64,000 nt of DNA, taken from positions 5,550 through 69,549 of the forward strand of contig JAKOWL010000214.1 of assembly GCA_029781535.1 (NCBI GenBank), read 5' to 3'. Both the position numbers and the translations under genes were made by a program. The DNA comes from Pseudomonadota bacterium (GTDB lineage: Bacteria; Pseudomonadota; Gammaproteobacteria; Burkholderiales; Methylophilaceae). The notes beneath the pieces are model-generated. The model worked only from the letters and a program-made list of their open reading frames with translations. It did no database searches and was not told where the DNA came from. This document shows, in pieces, positions 46,482 to 55,537 of this stretch. Positions within the stretch are counted from its first letter, which is position 1. The number at the start of each line of letters is the position of its first letter.

Positions 46482-47312
46482 ATGACCACCAATAAAGCTG
46501 AAATACTTAGCGGGAAACGATTTGCGTTTGGGAAGAACTGGTCTCATTTCCTAGACAATTTAAATGAGCAACGAATTGACCTTGCAGAAAAGTCCATATG
46601 CATCATGTTAGGTTTGGACTCGCTAAAAGGTAAGACCTTTTTAGATATAGGGTCGGGTAGTGGATTGTTTAGCTTAGTTGCTTGGCGTATGGGGGCCACC
46701 GTGCATTCGTTTGATTATGATCCGGATTCTGTTGCATGTACAGCAGAATTGAAAAGACGATTCTCCGATAATGACCCAAGTTGGATTGTTGAAGAGGGGA
46801 GTGTATTGGATAGTGAATATATGAACCAATTAGGTACATTTGATGTAGTGTATTCATGGGGTGTTTTGCATCATACAGGCGCAATGTGGGACGCTTTGGA
46901 TAATGCAGGGAAGTTAGTTGCTCGGGGTGGGCGGTTATATATCGCAATATACAATGATCAAGGGTCGATGAGCAAAATTTGGCTTAAGATTAAAAAAATG
47001 TATAACAAATTACCCAAAAGTTTGCGTTGGTTGGTGTTATGCCCAGCTATGTTGCGTTTATGGGGGCCTCACACGATTGTTGATTTGCTGACGCTGCGTC
47101 CATTTTACACTTGGAATCATTACGCGGAACACAGTGTCCGTGGGATGTCTGCCTGGCATGACGTGTTGGATTGGGTGGGTGGCTTGCCATTTGAAGTTGC
47201 GAAGCCTGAAGTAATTTTCGATTTTTTTCATCAGCGTGGTTTTAATCTGGTTAAATTGAAGACTGTGGGAGGGAAGTTAGGTTGTAATGAGTTTTTATTT
47301 GTTCGAAATTAA
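46482..47312 (+). CDS. Class I SAM-dependent methyltransferase
   Basis: 276 aa with motif I FLDIGSGSGLFS and post-II VVYSWGVLHHT. Confidence 0.8.
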   Translation: MTTNKAEILSGKRFAFGKNWSHFLDNLNEQRIDLAEKSICIMLGLDSLKGKTFLDIGSGSGLFSLVAWRMGATVHSFDYDPDSVACTAELKRRFSDNDPSWIVEEGSVLDSEYMNQLGTFDVVYSWGVLHHTGAMWDALDNAGKLVARGGRLYIAIYNDQGSMSKIWLKIKKMYNKLPKSLRWLVLCPAMLRLWGPHTIVDLLTLRPFYTWNHYAEHSVRGMSAWHDVLDWVGGLPFEVAKPEVIFDFFHQRGFNLVKLKTVGGKLGCNEFLFVRN

Positions 47313-47314
47313 GC

Positions 47315-47535
47315 GTGGATAATTCGACAGTCGTAGTACACTTAACTATAGGTCTTTTGCTGGTGGCGCTGAGATGATGTTACTGAAGTTGCTCGCTAAC
47401 AATGAAGCGAATCTCGAGGCGATGAGCTGCCGAGCCGCCAAAGTCTGGGAGTGGTTTCCGGCGGAAAATATTCTGCGAAGATGGAATCACCTGCTTGCGA
47501 GCTGCCCCACAAAAAAGCTGCTGAAATCGTCATGA
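47315..47535 (+). pseudogene. Relic glycosyltransferase (GT4-like) with a frameshift and a large internal deletion
   Basis: The N-terminal piece VVVHLTIGL, a frameshift, then GGAEMMLLKLLAN mirrors the FITTGLSTGGAEAMLLKLLEN of the next gene. It is fused to a GT-C-terminus-like AAKVWEWFPAENILRRWNHLL. Its TGA overlaps the next ATG (ATGA). Confidence 0.6.
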
Positions 47536-48665
47536 TACGCATCGTTTTTATCACAACTGGCCTATCAACTGGTGGTGCCGAAGCGATGCTGCTCAAGTTG
47601 TTGGAAAATATTGACCGCCAGCGCTTCGAGCCGCACGTGGTTTCTCTGACCACACTGGGAGAGATTGGGCCGCGCATTGTGCAGCTCGATATCCCTGTGC
47701 TGGCGATCGGCATGGCGCCAAGCGTGATGGGGATTTTTTCGGTATTCCGCTTGGCTTGGCTGTTGCGTAAAATCCGTCCGGATATCGTGCAGACCTGGAT
47801 GTACCACGCTGATCTCATTGGCGGAGTAGCCGCCTGGCTGGCGGGCTGCAAGCGGGTCGTCTGGGCGCTGCGCAATAGTAACCTATCCAAAGATACGACC
47901 AAACGTTCAACGTTGATGGTTGTCCGTATCTGCGCATTTCTTTCTGGGTGGCTGCCACGACAAATTCTCTCTTGCTCGGCACGTGCCGGAGCAGTACATG
48001 CCGAGGTGGGTTATTGTAGTCATAAAATCAGAATCATCCCGAATGGATTTAACCTGGCACGTTTCCATCCGGATGATGCAGCGAGACTCGTAGTCCGGAC
48101 CGAGTTTGGGCTGCCCTCTGATGTTAGATTGGTTGGTCTGATGGCGCGCTACGATCCACAAAAGAATCATACTGGATTCATCGAAGCGGCAGCTATGATC
48201 CACAAAGCCATGCCCGATGTCCATTTTGTGCTGGCAGGGAATGGCGTTGATAAGGAAAACGCCTCGCTAACGGCGCTAATCGATGCGCACGGCCTCGACG
48301 GCTGTATACATCTGTTGGGGCGCCAGGATGATATGCCACGCTTGATGGCTGCACTGGATGTGCTGGCTTCCTCCTCATCTTACGGTGAAGCATTTCCTAA
48401 CGTGCTGGGCGAAGCTATGGCTTGCGGCGTGCCCTGCGTGGTGACTGATGTGGGGGATTCGGCAGAGATTGTGAGTGAAACAGGAAGAGTGGTTCAGCCC
48501 GGTGACATGTCCGGTTTGGCAAGATATATTGTTGAACTCTTGTGCTTGCCCAAGGAAGAAAAAACAGCCCTGGGTCTGCAGGCTAGGACGCGGGTCGAAA
48601 CGTTTTATGAAATTGGGTTGATTGCACGAACTTATGAAGCATTCTATGAGCATGCTGTTGTGTGA
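47532..48665 (+). CDS. Glycosyltransferase family 4 (GT-B)
   Basis: 377 aa from ATG 47532 with the E-x7-E motif GEAFPNVLGEAMACGVPCV. Visibly more GC-rich than its neighbours. Confidence 0.88.
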   Translation: MIRIVFITTGLSTGGAEAMLLKLLENIDRQRFEPHVVSLTTLGEIGPRIVQLDIPVLAIGMAPSVMGIFSVFRLAWLLRKIRPDIVQTWMYHADLIGGVAAWLAGCKRVVWALRNSNLSKDTTKRSTLMVVRICAFLSGWLPRQILSCSARAGAVHAEVGYCSHKIRIIPNGFNLARFHPDDAARLVVRTEFGLPSDVRLVGLMARYDPQKNHTGFIEAAAMIHKAMPDVHFVLAGNGVDKENASLTALIDAHGLDGCIHLLGRQDDMPRLMAALDVLASSSSYGEAFPNVLGEAMACGVPCVVTDVGDSAEIVSETGRVVQPGDMSGLARYIVELLCLPKEEKTALGLQARTRVETFYEIGLIARTYEAFYEHAVV

Positions 48666-48701
48666 CTGTTGTAGTGTTGAATATAACGCGGAGAACATTA
48701 G

Positions 48702-49571
48702 ATGCATGCAATTTCTTGGTGGGTAAAAATTGGTGGGAAAATCGTCCTTTCAAGACTCCCATTTAGATATGGGTTTTGGCAAAGTCTCGGTTTTTTTCGT
48801 CATGGCTACATGGATAAGCTTGAGTATGTGAAGGGTGTTTTCGATCGACATGTTGGAGTGGCTTGTCTGACAGGTAAATTAAAGGGAAAAACTATTCTTG
48901 AGATTGGGCCCGGGGATAGTGTGGCAACTGCGTTGATCTCTGCTTGTTATGGTGCTCGGACCATCCTTATAGATGCTGGGGCTTTTGCGGTCAAGGATGC
49001 TGGTATTTATAAACTCATGGCCAAGGATTTGGAGAAGTTTGGGTTGTCTGTACCTCAAGCCATTTATCAGGCTGAATCACTGGAGGATGTGTTAGCTGCG
49101 TGCGAAGCAGAGTATTGGGTAGATGGACTGGATAGTTTCTCAAGGGTTAAGTCGGGGACTGTTGATTTCATTTTCAGTCAGGCCGTTCTAGAGCATGTGA
49201 GAAAAAAAGAATTTCTTGAAACTGTTCGTGAATGTCGGCGCATTATCTCTCCATCTGGTATTGCTTCTCATCGGATCGATCTTAGGGATCATTTAGGTGG
49301 TGGGTTAAACAACTTGCGTTTCAGTGAACGTGTATGGGAATCTGAATTTTTCGTAAAATCCGGTTTTTATACAAATCGTATCCAATATAGTGAGATGCTT
49401 TCATTATTCCGTGCTGGAGAATTTGATTGCGAGGTGCAAAAGGTTTCTCGTAGGGAGTCATTGCCAATCAGACAGTCTTCACTCGCATCGCAATTTAAGG
49501 AATTGCCGGATGATGAACTTTTAGTAAGTGGGTTTGACGTATTATTGCGTCCGACTCGCTTATCGCATTGA
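48702..49571 (+). CDS. SAM-dependent methyltransferase (third in the locus)
   Basis: 289 aa with motif I ILEIGPGDS and the acidic loop ILIDAG. Confidence 0.72.
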   Translation: MHAISWWVKIGGKIVLSRLPFRYGFWQSLGFFRHGYMDKLEYVKGVFDRHVGVACLTGKLKGKTILEIGPGDSVATALISACYGARTILIDAGAFAVKDAGIYKLMAKDLEKFGLSVPQAIYQAESLEDVLAACEAEYWVDGLDSFSRVKSGTVDFIFSQAVLEHVRKKEFLETVRECRRIISPSGIASHRIDLRDHLGGGLNNLRFSERVWESEFFVKSGFYTNRIQYSEMLSLFRAGEFDCEVQKVSRRESLPIRQSSLASQFKELPDDELLVSGFDVLLRPTRLSH

Positions 49572-49615
49572 TTTGTTTGCAGTTATTCTAGATTTAGAAA
49601 GTTGAGAATAAAAAT

Positions 49616-51580
49616 ATGTGTGGACTGGCTGGGTATTTGGGGGCTGTAACCTGGCGCGCTAACGATAAGGTATCGGTTGTTCTGAAGCGGATGGCGGATA
49701 CTATAGTAGCAAGAGGGCCTGACGATTCAGGTGTCTGGTATGACAGTGAGGCTGGAATCGGTCTAGCCCACCGGCGGCTGTCTATTCTCGATCTGTCGCC
49801 GGCTGGACATCAGCCGATGGCTTGCCATACCGGTCGCTATGTCATCGCGTTCAACGGCGAAATTTATAACCATCTCGATTTGCGCAAGTCGCTGGAGCAG
49901 GCCGGTTCTGCGCCTGTATGGCGCGGTCACTCCGATACGGAAACCTTGCTGGCCGGATTTGCCGCCTGGGGTATCAGGGCTACCGTCGAGCGCTGCATTG
50001 GTATGTTTGCTTTTGCCGTGTGGGACAAGCAAACCCGCGCATTGACACTAGGGCGTGATCGCTTGGGAGAGAAGCCGCTGTATTATGGCTGGCAAGGGAG
50101 TGGTGACGAACGGGTATTTTTGTTTGGCTCAGAGCTTAAGGCACTAAAAGCTCACCCTGCATTTAAGACTGAGGTTAATCGCAATGCTTTAGCCTTGTTA
50201 ATGCGCTATAACTATATTCCCGCCCCTTATTCTATTTGGCAGGACATCAACAAGCTGCAACCTGGTTGTCTGCTCACCATATCTTATCAGCATCCTGAGC
50301 CGTGCATCGAACCTTATTGGTCAGGCAAACAGGTGGTTGAGGTGGGTTTTCGTTCGCCATTCAGAGGTACGGCAGAAGAGGCCGTGTCTGCACTTGAAAT
50401 GCTACTGCGAGATGCTGTCAGCCAGCAAATGCTGGCGGATGTGCCTTTGGGGGCGTTTCTGTCGGGCGGAGTGGATTCATCTACGGTTGTCGCTTTGATG
50501 CAAGCACAATCTGGCCTGCCAGTGCGTACTTTTTCAATTGGTTTTAATGAAGTACACTACAATGAGGCGGAACACGCTAAAGCAGTAGCACGGCATTTAG
50601 GAACACAACACACTGAGTTGTATGTTACCGCTGGCGATGCTTTAAATGTTATCCCAAAACTGCCCTCACTTTATGATGAGCCTTTTTCGGATTCTTCTCA
50701 GATCCCCACATTTTTGGTTGCGCAGATGGCACGCCAACATGTGACCGTAGCTTTATCTGGTGATGCGGGAGATGAACTTTTTTGTGGCTATAACCGCTAC
50801 ATAATGGCTAACCGAATGTGGGGCACTTTGTCATATTTGCCGGTAGGATTGCGTCGTGCCGTTGCGAGTAGCTTGACGAAATTGTCGCCGGGCACATGGA
50901 ATCATATAGCTAGTCCGTTGATGAAAGTTTTGCCTAATCGTTTTGGGATGATGAATATTGGAGATAAGCTGCACAAAGGGGCAGATGTATTGGCTAGTCA
51001 AACTGTTGAGGATCTTTATCGCGATCTTGTGTCTCATTGGCGTACTCCTGCTGATTTGGTGTTGAAGGCAACAGAACCTGTGACCGTGCTGACCAGCGCT
51101 GATTTGCAGCTAAATACGTCTACTGATATAGAGCGCATGATGGCTTTGGATATGCTGACTTATCTCCCAGATGATATTTTGACTAAAGTGGATCGTGCAG
51201 CAATGGGCGTTTCATTGGAAACCAGAGTGCCATTTCTCGATCATCGAGTAGTCGAATTTGCCTGGCAGTTGCCATTAGAATATAAACTACGCGATGGCGT
51301 GGGAAAATGGGCGTTGCGTCAAGTATTATATAAGTTTGTGCCACAAGCATTGATCGAGCGTCCAAAAATGGGTTTTGGTGTGCCAATCGATACATGGCTA
51401 CGCGGTCCTTTGCGTGGCTGGGCGGAAGAGTTGCTAGATGCAAGTCGGTTACATAATGAAGGGTTCTTTAATACGGAAATGGTGAGAGAAAAGTGGGATG
51501 AGCATTTGTCTGGTAAGCGCAACTGGCAGTATCTATTGTGGGATGTGTTGATGTTTCAGGCTTGGTTGGAAAAGCAGTAA
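49616..51580 (+). CDS. asnB: Asparagine synthase-type glutamine amidotransferase (WbpS/EpsI-like, glycan-locus associated)
   Basis: 654 aa with the Ntn nucleophile MCGLAGY and PP-loop SGGVDSS. Confidence 0.9.
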   Translation: MCGLAGYLGAVTWRANDKVSVVLKRMADTIVARGPDDSGVWYDSEAGIGLAHRRLSILDLSPAGHQPMACHTGRYVIAFNGEIYNHLDLRKSLEQAGSAPVWRGHSDTETLLAGFAAWGIRATVERCIGMFAFAVWDKQTRALTLGRDRLGEKPLYYGWQGSGDERVFLFGSELKALKAHPAFKTEVNRNALALLMRYNYIPAPYSIWQDINKLQPGCLLTISYQHPEPCIEPYWSGKQVVEVGFRSPFRGTAEEAVSALEMLLRDAVSQQMLADVPLGAFLSGGVDSSTVVALMQAQSGLPVRTFSIGFNEVHYNEAEHAKAVARHLGTQHTELYVTAGDALNVIPKLPSLYDEPFSDSSQIPTFLVAQMARQHVTVALSGDAGDELFCGYNRYIMANRMWGTLSYLPVGLRRAVASSLTKLSPGTWNHIASPLMKVLPNRFGMMNIGDKLHKGADVLASQTVEDLYRDLVSHWRTPADLVLKATEPVTVLTSADLQLNTSTDIERMMALDMLTYLPDDILTKVDRAAMGVSLETRVPFLDHRVVEFAWQLPLEYKLRDGVGKWALRQVLYKFVPQALIERPKMGFGVPIDTWLRGPLRGWAEELLDASRLHNEGFFNTEMVREKWDEHLSGKRNWQYLLWDVLMFQAWLEKQ

Positions 51581-52905
51581 TGAAAGAAAGCGGAAGTCAA
51601 GGGCAGATCCGTTGCTGGGAGTCTGTCAATAATAAACTACATGTAGCTTCACCTGGCGTGTTTTTTCTGGTTTTTACTTACTCATTATTGGCCGGGTTGT
51701 TTATACAATTGGTAGCTTTACCTTTGTTGCCCAATTTGCATGCAGGGCATGGTTTAATGGTAGGTGGAGATTGGGTTAGATTTCACAGTGACGCTGTAAA
51801 ACTTGTGGATTTGATGCGTGATCAAGGTTGGAGCGTATGGGAGTTGCGGCCACAGGGAAATGCGCCTATCGGTATTGCAGCGGCGGCTTATTATTTTTTT
51901 GGGGTCAATGAGCCATGGGTTTTGTTGCCAATCAATGCATTGCTATTTGCGAGCAGTGCTGTTTTTTTGTATGGCATTTTTAAGTCAATTTCGAATGAAC
52001 GTTTGGCCTTTATTGCCATGCTGCCATTTGTGCTGTTTCCAAGTGCTGCCATGATTTATGGTCAGATTCACAAGGATGTGTTTTCAATCACGGGGGTGCT
52101 GGCGGTAATTTATGTCTGGGTTCAATTTTCATTGAGCGAGACATTAAGTTGGCAGCGCCTGCTTAACTATGTTGTAATCATTTGTTTTGGCAGCTTGTTG
52201 GTTTGGGTTGTCCGTCCTTATTTATTACAACCGTTGATCGCAACCTCTTCTGTAATTACCCTGCTATTAATGTTGGTGTGTAGAGGGCGTGGTTTATTAT
52301 GGCGGTTTGGGGTTCTTTTTAGTTTGCTAATTATAGTTGGAGTTAGCAAATTATATGTTGCTCCTGTTGCCCCTGTTGCCCCTGTTGCCCCTGTTGCCCC
52401 TGTTGAGGCCTATTCATATCTTGATAAGTTTGCACTCCAGATCAATGCCGCACGAGTTGAATTTGCTGAGGGGTATCCTGATGCAGGTAGCAACATCGAT
52501 ACAAATGTGCGTTTTGGTAAATTATGGGATATCGCAACATATGTGCCACGGGCCATGGAAATTGGTTTACTAGCACCTTTTCCATCAATGTGGGAAGCTG
52601 AAGGGTCTTCAGCGGGTGGCGGCCTCATGCGATTGGTAGCTGGAATTGAAATGATAGTGAGTTACGTGCTAATAGTCGGGGTGGGCATGCTTCTATATAT
52701 GACTAGTGAAAAGCGCTTAACCACTTTGTTAATTCTGTTATTTGCGATAATAATGATTGTTTTTTTATCGTTGGTTGTATGCAATGTTGGCACTCTCTAT
52801 CGTATGCGCTATGGCAGTTATCAGCTATTGAATGGTTTAGGTGTGCTAGGCTGGGGTTTAATGTTGCAAAAATTTTCCAGGTTAAGTTGTCTGCATGAAC
52901 GCTAA
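51580..52905 (+). CDS. Polytopic membrane protein, putative Wzy-type polysaccharide polymerase
   Basis: About 441 aa from ATG 51580 (TAATG overlap with asnB), with more than 9 TM helices and one large loop. Contains a (VAP)n repeat. The assignment rests on context only. Confidence 0.6.
   Translation: MKESGSQGQIRCWESVNNKLHVASPGVFFLVFTYSLLAGLFIQLVALPLLPNLHAGHGLMVGGDWVRFHSDAVKLVDLMRDQGWSVWELRPQGNAPIGIAAAAYYFFGVNEPWVLLPINALLFASSAVFLYGIFKSISNERLAFIAMLPFVLFPSAAMIYGQIHKDVFSITGVLAVIYVWVQFSLSETLSWQRLLNYVVIICFGSLLVWVVRPYLLQPLIATSSVITLLLMLVCRGRGLLWRFGVLFSLLIIVGVSKLYVAPVAPVAPVAPVAPVEAYSYLDKFALQINAARVEFAEGYPDAGSNIDTNVRFGKLWDIATYVPRAMEIGLLAPFPSMWEAEGSSAGGGLMRLVAGIEMIVSYVLIVGVGMLLYMTSEKRLTTLLILLFAIIMIVFLSLVVCNVGTLYRMRYGSYQLLNGLGVLGWGLMLQKFSRLSCLHER
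52357..52405 (+). repeat. In-frame 9-bp tandem repeat, 5 units (gttgctcct then gttgcccct x4) plus a partial unit, encoding VAPVAPVAPVAPVAPV
   Basis: Direct reading of the sequence. Four units are identical and the first differs by one base. Confidence 0.95.
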
Positions 52906-54031
52906 GCCTAAGCTTTTATTCTTTGTGACAGAAGACTGGTACTTTTGCTCTCATCGTTTACCTTTGGCACTCGCCGCCCAGAGGGCTGGTTATGACGTTG
53001 TGGTAGTAACACGCGTTAGCCAGTATGGCGAGTTTATCCGTTCGCATGGTCTGAAACTAATTTCTTTGGAGATCTCTCGCCGTAGCCGTAATCCGTTCAA
53101 GGAGTTGGGTGTAATCTGGAGTTTGTTTAGAATTTATAAAGATCATCAGCCTGATATTGTGCATCATGTTGCACTTAAACCCGTGCTTTATGGATCTATT
53201 GCCGCGAGGTTGGCTGGCGTGCCTGCGGTTGTGAATGCGTTGGCAGGGCTAGGTTTCCTATTCGTTTCGAAACGCAGCAAAGCGCGACTATTACGTCCTT
53301 TCATTGAAATGGCTTTTCGCTTATTGCTAAATCGCCCTAACACACGCGTTATTTTGCAGAACCCTGATGATATGGCTTTACTCGTAACTCGCGGAGTTTT
53401 AACGCCTGCGTGCGCAGCGTTAATTCGTGGGTCTGGGGTAGATCTTGTGCAGTTTCATGTTGTTGCCGAAAATGATGGAGTTCCTTTGGTTGTGCTTGCA
53501 TCACGCATGCTGTGGGATAAAGGAGTAGGGGATTTTGTAGAGGCTGCTCGCCAGCTAAAGCAAAAAGGAGTAAATGCGCGATTTATTTTAGTAGGTGTGG
53601 GCGACCCAGATAATCCTGCTTCAATTTCTAACAATCAGCTTGATGCTTGGCAACAAGAAGGAATTGTTGAGTGGTGGGGTAAAAGAACTGATATGCCCGT
53701 GGTTCTATCCTTATCTCACATTGTTTGCTTACCGTCTGCATATGGTGAAGGTGTGCCAAAAGTATTAATTGAAGCTGCGGCTTGTGGTAGAGCAATAGTT
53801 ACCACGGATGCGCCAGGGTGTCGTGAGATTGTTCGAAATGAAGAAAATGGGTTGTTAGTACCATTAAAAAATGTTGATGATCTTGCGAAAGCAATTCTTA
53901 AATTAATTGAAAATCCCACACTGCGTAAAGATATGGGTAAACGTGGACGAGTTATTGTAGAAAAAGAATTTTCTATAGAGACAGTGGTACATCAAACCCT
54001 ACCAATTTATGATGAATTGATTCGAGCATGA
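52895..54031 (+). CDS. Glycosyltransferase family 4 (GT-B)
   Basis: 378 aa with the E-x7-E motif GEGVPKVLIEAAACGRAIV. Overlaps its neighbours at both ends. Confidence 0.88.
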   Translation: MNAKPKLLFFVTEDWYFCSHRLPLALAAQRAGYDVVVVTRVSQYGEFIRSHGLKLISLEISRRSRNPFKELGVIWSLFRIYKDHQPDIVHHVALKPVLYGSIAARLAGVPAVVNALAGLGFLFVSKRSKARLLRPFIEMAFRLLLNRPNTRVILQNPDDMALLVTRGVLTPACAALIRGSGVDLVQFHVVAENDGVPLVVLASRMLWDKGVGDFVEAARQLKQKGVNARFILVGVGDPDNPASISNNQLDAWQQEGIVEWWGKRTDMPVVLSLSHIVCLPSAYGEGVPKVLIEAAACGRAIVTTDAPGCREIVRNEENGLLVPLKNVDDLAKAILKLIENPTLRKDMGKRGRVIVEKEFSIETVVHQTLPIYDELIRA

Positions 54032-54984
54032 TAATATTGGTCACAGGTGCAAATGGTTTTGTTGGCAAGGTTTTATGTTCAAGTTTGATTGCACAAGGTC
54101 TAACTGTTCGCGGTATAGTAAGGCAAGATTCTAGCTTGCCAGTAACGACAATTTCCGTTGGTAGTATAGATGCTGATACCTGTTGGCAGAAAGTGTTGAT
54201 CGATTGTGATGTGGTTGTTCATCTAGCAGCTCGGGTGCATGTCATGCAGGAAACGGTCGCAAATCCGCTTGAAGCGTTTCGCAAAGTGAATGTGGTCGGA
54301 ACGCTCAATCTTGCCAGGCAGGCAGCGAATGCCGGGGTGAAGCGATTTGTGTTTGTAAGTTCGGTCAAGGTGAATGGCGAGGAAACAACATCACGGCCAT
54401 TTTCAGAGCTAGATGCACCCAATCCGCAGGATGCCTATGGGGTTTCCAAAATGGAGGCTGAGCGGCAATTGTTAGCGTTGTCTGAAGAAACAGGGCTAGA
54501 GGTGGTGATTGTGCGGCCGACTTTGGTGTACGGAGCAGGGGTTAAAGGCAATTTTGCACAAATGCTGCGTGTATTGCATCGGCGCATCCCCTTGCCGCTA
54601 GCATCTGTGCGCAATGCACGCAGTCTGGTGTACGTGGGAAATCTGGTGGATGCTTTAGTGCTATGTGTTACGCATCCAAAGGCGGCTGGGCAGACTTATC
54701 TTGTGAGCGATGGGGAGGATATTTCCACGCCAGAATTGCTATCCCGGCTTAGCCAGGCGATGGGCTTCTCCGCACGGATATTTCCTTTTCCTATCTGGGG
54801 ACTGGAACTGGCTGCAAATCTGTTTGACAAGGGCGAGCAAGCGCGCCGACTCACTGGCTCACTGCAGATTGATAGCAGTAAGATACGCCGCGAGTTGGGC
54901 TGGTCTCCGCCTTTTACTTTGCAGCAGGGCTTACAGGAAACTGCGAAGCATTTTAAGAATAGACTTTATGAAGCGCCTGTTTGA
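54028..54984 (+). CDS. NAD-dependent sugar epimerase/reductase (SDR; WbpV/WreQ-like)
   Basis: 318 aa with VTGANGFVG, catalytic YGVSK (YxxxK) and an upstream Ser (SSV). Confidence 0.85.
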   Translation: MIILVTGANGFVGKVLCSSLIAQGLTVRGIVRQDSSLPVTTISVGSIDADTCWQKVLIDCDVVVHLAARVHVMQETVANPLEAFRKVNVVGTLNLARQAANAGVKRFVFVSSVKVNGEETTSRPFSELDAPNPQDAYGVSKMEAERQLLALSEETGLEVVIVRPTLVYGAGVKGNFAQMLRVLHRRIPLPLASVRNARSLVYVGNLVDALVLCVTHPKAAGQTYLVSDGEDISTPELLSRLSQAMGFSARIFPFPIWGLELAANLFDKGEQARRLTGSLQIDSSKIRRELGWSPPFTLQQGLQETAKHFKNRLYEAPV

Positions 54985-55528
54985 TATTGTGTTGGTCTTA
55001 ATCGCCATTTTGGTGTTCGCGGCTCCCATGCTGCTGGTCGCGTTGTCAGTCAAGCTGACTTCCCCAGGGCCGATGCTATACTGGTCTGACCGTATTGGGG
55101 CTGGGAATAAATTATTCAAGATGCCTAAGTTCCGTACCATGAAGGTAGATACTCCAGCAGTCGCCACTCATCTATTAAATAATCCTGATCAGTTTTTAAC
55201 GCCTGTCGGTTCGTTATTGCGTAAAACCAGTTTGGACGAACTACCGCAATTGTGGAGCATTTTTGTGGGAGACATGAGTGTTGTTGGCCCTCGGCCTGCC
55301 TTGTTCAATCAAGATGATTTGGTTGGGTTGCGAACTGAGGCTGGGGTGGATAAACTGCTACCAGGGCTGACAGGGTGGGCGCAAATAAATGGGCGAGATG
55401 AATTACCGATTCCAGAAAAAGTGAAATTTGATGTTTACTACTTGAAGAATCAATCTTTCTGGTTGGACTTGAGAATAATATTGTTAACGATGAAAAAAGT
55501 GTTGTACAAAGAAGGCATTCAGCATTAG
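54968..55528 (+). CDS. Small monotopic phosphoglycosyl transferase (bacterial sugar transferase, PglC/WreU-like)
   Basis: 186 aa from ATG 54968 with a re-entrant helix (MKRLFDIVLVLIAILVFAAPML), DELPQL and VGPRP motifs. The track ORF's 5' extension (54710) is out of frame inside the epimerase gene. Confidence 0.88.
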   Translation: MKRLFDIVLVLIAILVFAAPMLLVALSVKLTSPGPMLYWSDRIGAGNKLFKMPKFRTMKVDTPAVATHLLNNPDQFLTPVGSLLRKTSLDELPQLWSIFVGDMSVVGPRPALFNQDDLVGLRTEAGVDKLLPGLTGWAQINGRDELPIPEKVKFDVYYLKNQSFWLDLRIILLTMKKVLYKEGIQH

Positions 55529-55537
55529 TAGGTAAAA

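Noticed and set aside
47396-47902. 168-aa minus-strand ORF overlapping the GT relic and the GT4 start
   Set aside because: It is antisense to the GT4 gene, whose N-terminal GGAEAMLLKLL motif and E-x7-E motif are clear.
51538-51579. 5' extension of the putative polymerase ORF, and similar extensions at 58275-58322 (hpt), 41399-41413 (ugd) and 17130-17171 (cysN)
   Set aside because: These extensions overlap the preceding gene's coding end. Downstream ATG codons give family-typical N-termini and classic stop/start coupling.
52357-52405. Considered whether the short direct repeats could be a CRISPR-like array
   Set aside because: The units are contiguous 9-bp repeats with no spacers, lie in frame inside a membrane-protein gene, and have no cas genes nearby.
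54710-54967. 5' extension of the sugar-transferase ORF (the track gives 272 aa)
   Set aside because: The extension lies out of frame inside the SDR epimerase gene and has no similarity to PGTs. The canonical PGT N-terminus MKRLFDIVL begins at 54968.
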